Of a stretch of 64,000 bases of DNA, positions 63,203-64,000 are shown in pieces. The stretch is from an uncultured bacterium. Its GTDB lineage: Bacteria > Desulfobacterota_D > UBA1144 > Nemesobacterales > UBA2774. The number at the start of each line of letters is the position of its first letter. Position 1 is the first letter of the stretch. A program made the translations under genes and the position numbers. Under the pieces are notes generated by a model. That model searched no databases. It worked only from the letters and a program-made list of their open reading frames with translations, and had not been told where the DNA came from. Location: positions 128,001 to 192,000 of the forward strand of contig CAVPJU010000006.1 in assembly GCA_963705505.1 (NCBI GenBank), written 5' to 3'.

Positions 63203-64000
63203 TCAGATACCGGGGCTGATTATAACTTTTATAGAGTCCCGAGCCTCTTCCACCATGCGGAACCCTTTCAGGGTCTCGGACAAGGGAAGCCTATGAGTTA
63301 CCATATCGAGCACGTTAACCCGTTTAGCCCGTATTAGCTCAAGGGCTATGGCGAGATCGGAAGGGGAAGCCGCATACGAGCTCACGGTCTTTATCCCCGA
63401 CCACCAGAAGTCGTTATAGGGGATCGTAATTGTTGCAGCAGGCCCCGAAGGGGCGAAAAATAATATCGTCCCGCCCGGCTCCGCGAGCTTGAGGGCGCCT
63501 TCGATCGCCGGTTGAGCGCCCGTGCATACGATAACCATATCGGCAAGGCGTCCTTCGTTAAGATTCCGCAAATAGGAAGCTATGTCCTCGCCTGCATGCA
63601 CCGTGTGATCAGCGCCGAAATCAGACGCGGCTTTGAGCCTGAAATCGCTTATATCGGTCGCAATGATACGTCCCGCCCCCTGAGCCCTCGCAAGCTGGAT
63701 GTGGAGGAGCCCCGTTATACCGCTCCCCATCACAAGCACGCAGTCGGTGATCTGAAATCCGGCGAGCCGCTGCCCGCGCACGACGCACCCGAGGGGCTCG
63801 ACAAAAGAGGCCTCGTCGTATGAGACCCCGTCAGGGAGCCTGAGCACGCCCCTGTCCACGTTGATGGCGGGTATTCGTATATATTCCGAAAAACCGCCCG
63901 GATCGAAATGGGTCGTCCTCAAGGTCCTGCACGCGGAATGGTTCCCCCTGAGACAGTAAAAACAGGTGTTGCACGGGACGTGGTGAGTGGCAATGATACG
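63203..64000 (-). CDS. Zn-dependent alcohol/polyol dehydrogenase, 3' part (starts beyond the right edge)
   Basis: CNTCFYC..C read from base 64000, EPLGC, GSGITG. Confidence 0.92.
   Translation of the reverse strand, partial: RIIATHHVPCNTCFYCLRGNHSACRTLRTTHFDPGGFSEYIRIPAINVDRGVLRLPDGVSYDEASFVEPLGCVVRGQRLAGFQITDCVLVMGSGITGLLHIQLARAQGAGRIIATDISDFRLKAASDFGADHTVHAGEDIASYLRNLNEGRLADMVIVCTGAQPAIEGALKLAEPGGTILFFAPSGPAATITIPYNDFWWSGIKTVSSYAASPSDLAIALELIRAKRVNVLDMVTHRLPLSETLKGFRMVEEARDSIKVIISPGI

Overview
This is a gene-dense bacterial chromosomal window of mostly housekeeping genes. Gene content and protein style suggest a deltaproteobacteria-like lineage such as Ca. Dadabacteria, which is inference only. 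In order it holds: the 5' part of dnaE; ftsY-ribD-nadD-rsfS; a dcw cluster (mraZ to ftsZ, no ddl) divergent from murJ; TPR-aroQ-recJ; gcvTHP; a mixed accessory stretch (about 32.6-46.4 kb); glnB-glnA; an isolated nuoJKL; nth; an RpoD/RpoS-like sigma; argC-like + AMP-ligase + ACP; polA; and a partial Zn-dehydrogenase. I saw no rRNA, tRNA, CRISPR array, IS or prophage. The best leads are: (1) an ArgC homologue lacking its HRH motif in an apparent operon with an adenylating enzyme and a carrier protein; (2) an exported protein of three exactly spaced 8-Cys repeats; (3) a sigma54-driven PilB-N/MshEN-acidic linker-PilG-like receiver protein back-to-back with the sigma54 glnB-glnA promoter; (4) a U-tract hairpin masking the ftsY SD; (5) MraZ-type GTGG boxes on both sides of the dcw/murJ intergenic region. 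Four +1 frameshifts (gcvP twice, an acyl-CoA synthetase, a lipoprotein) are most simply sequencing errors. All assignments come from reading motifs by eye; no searches were run.
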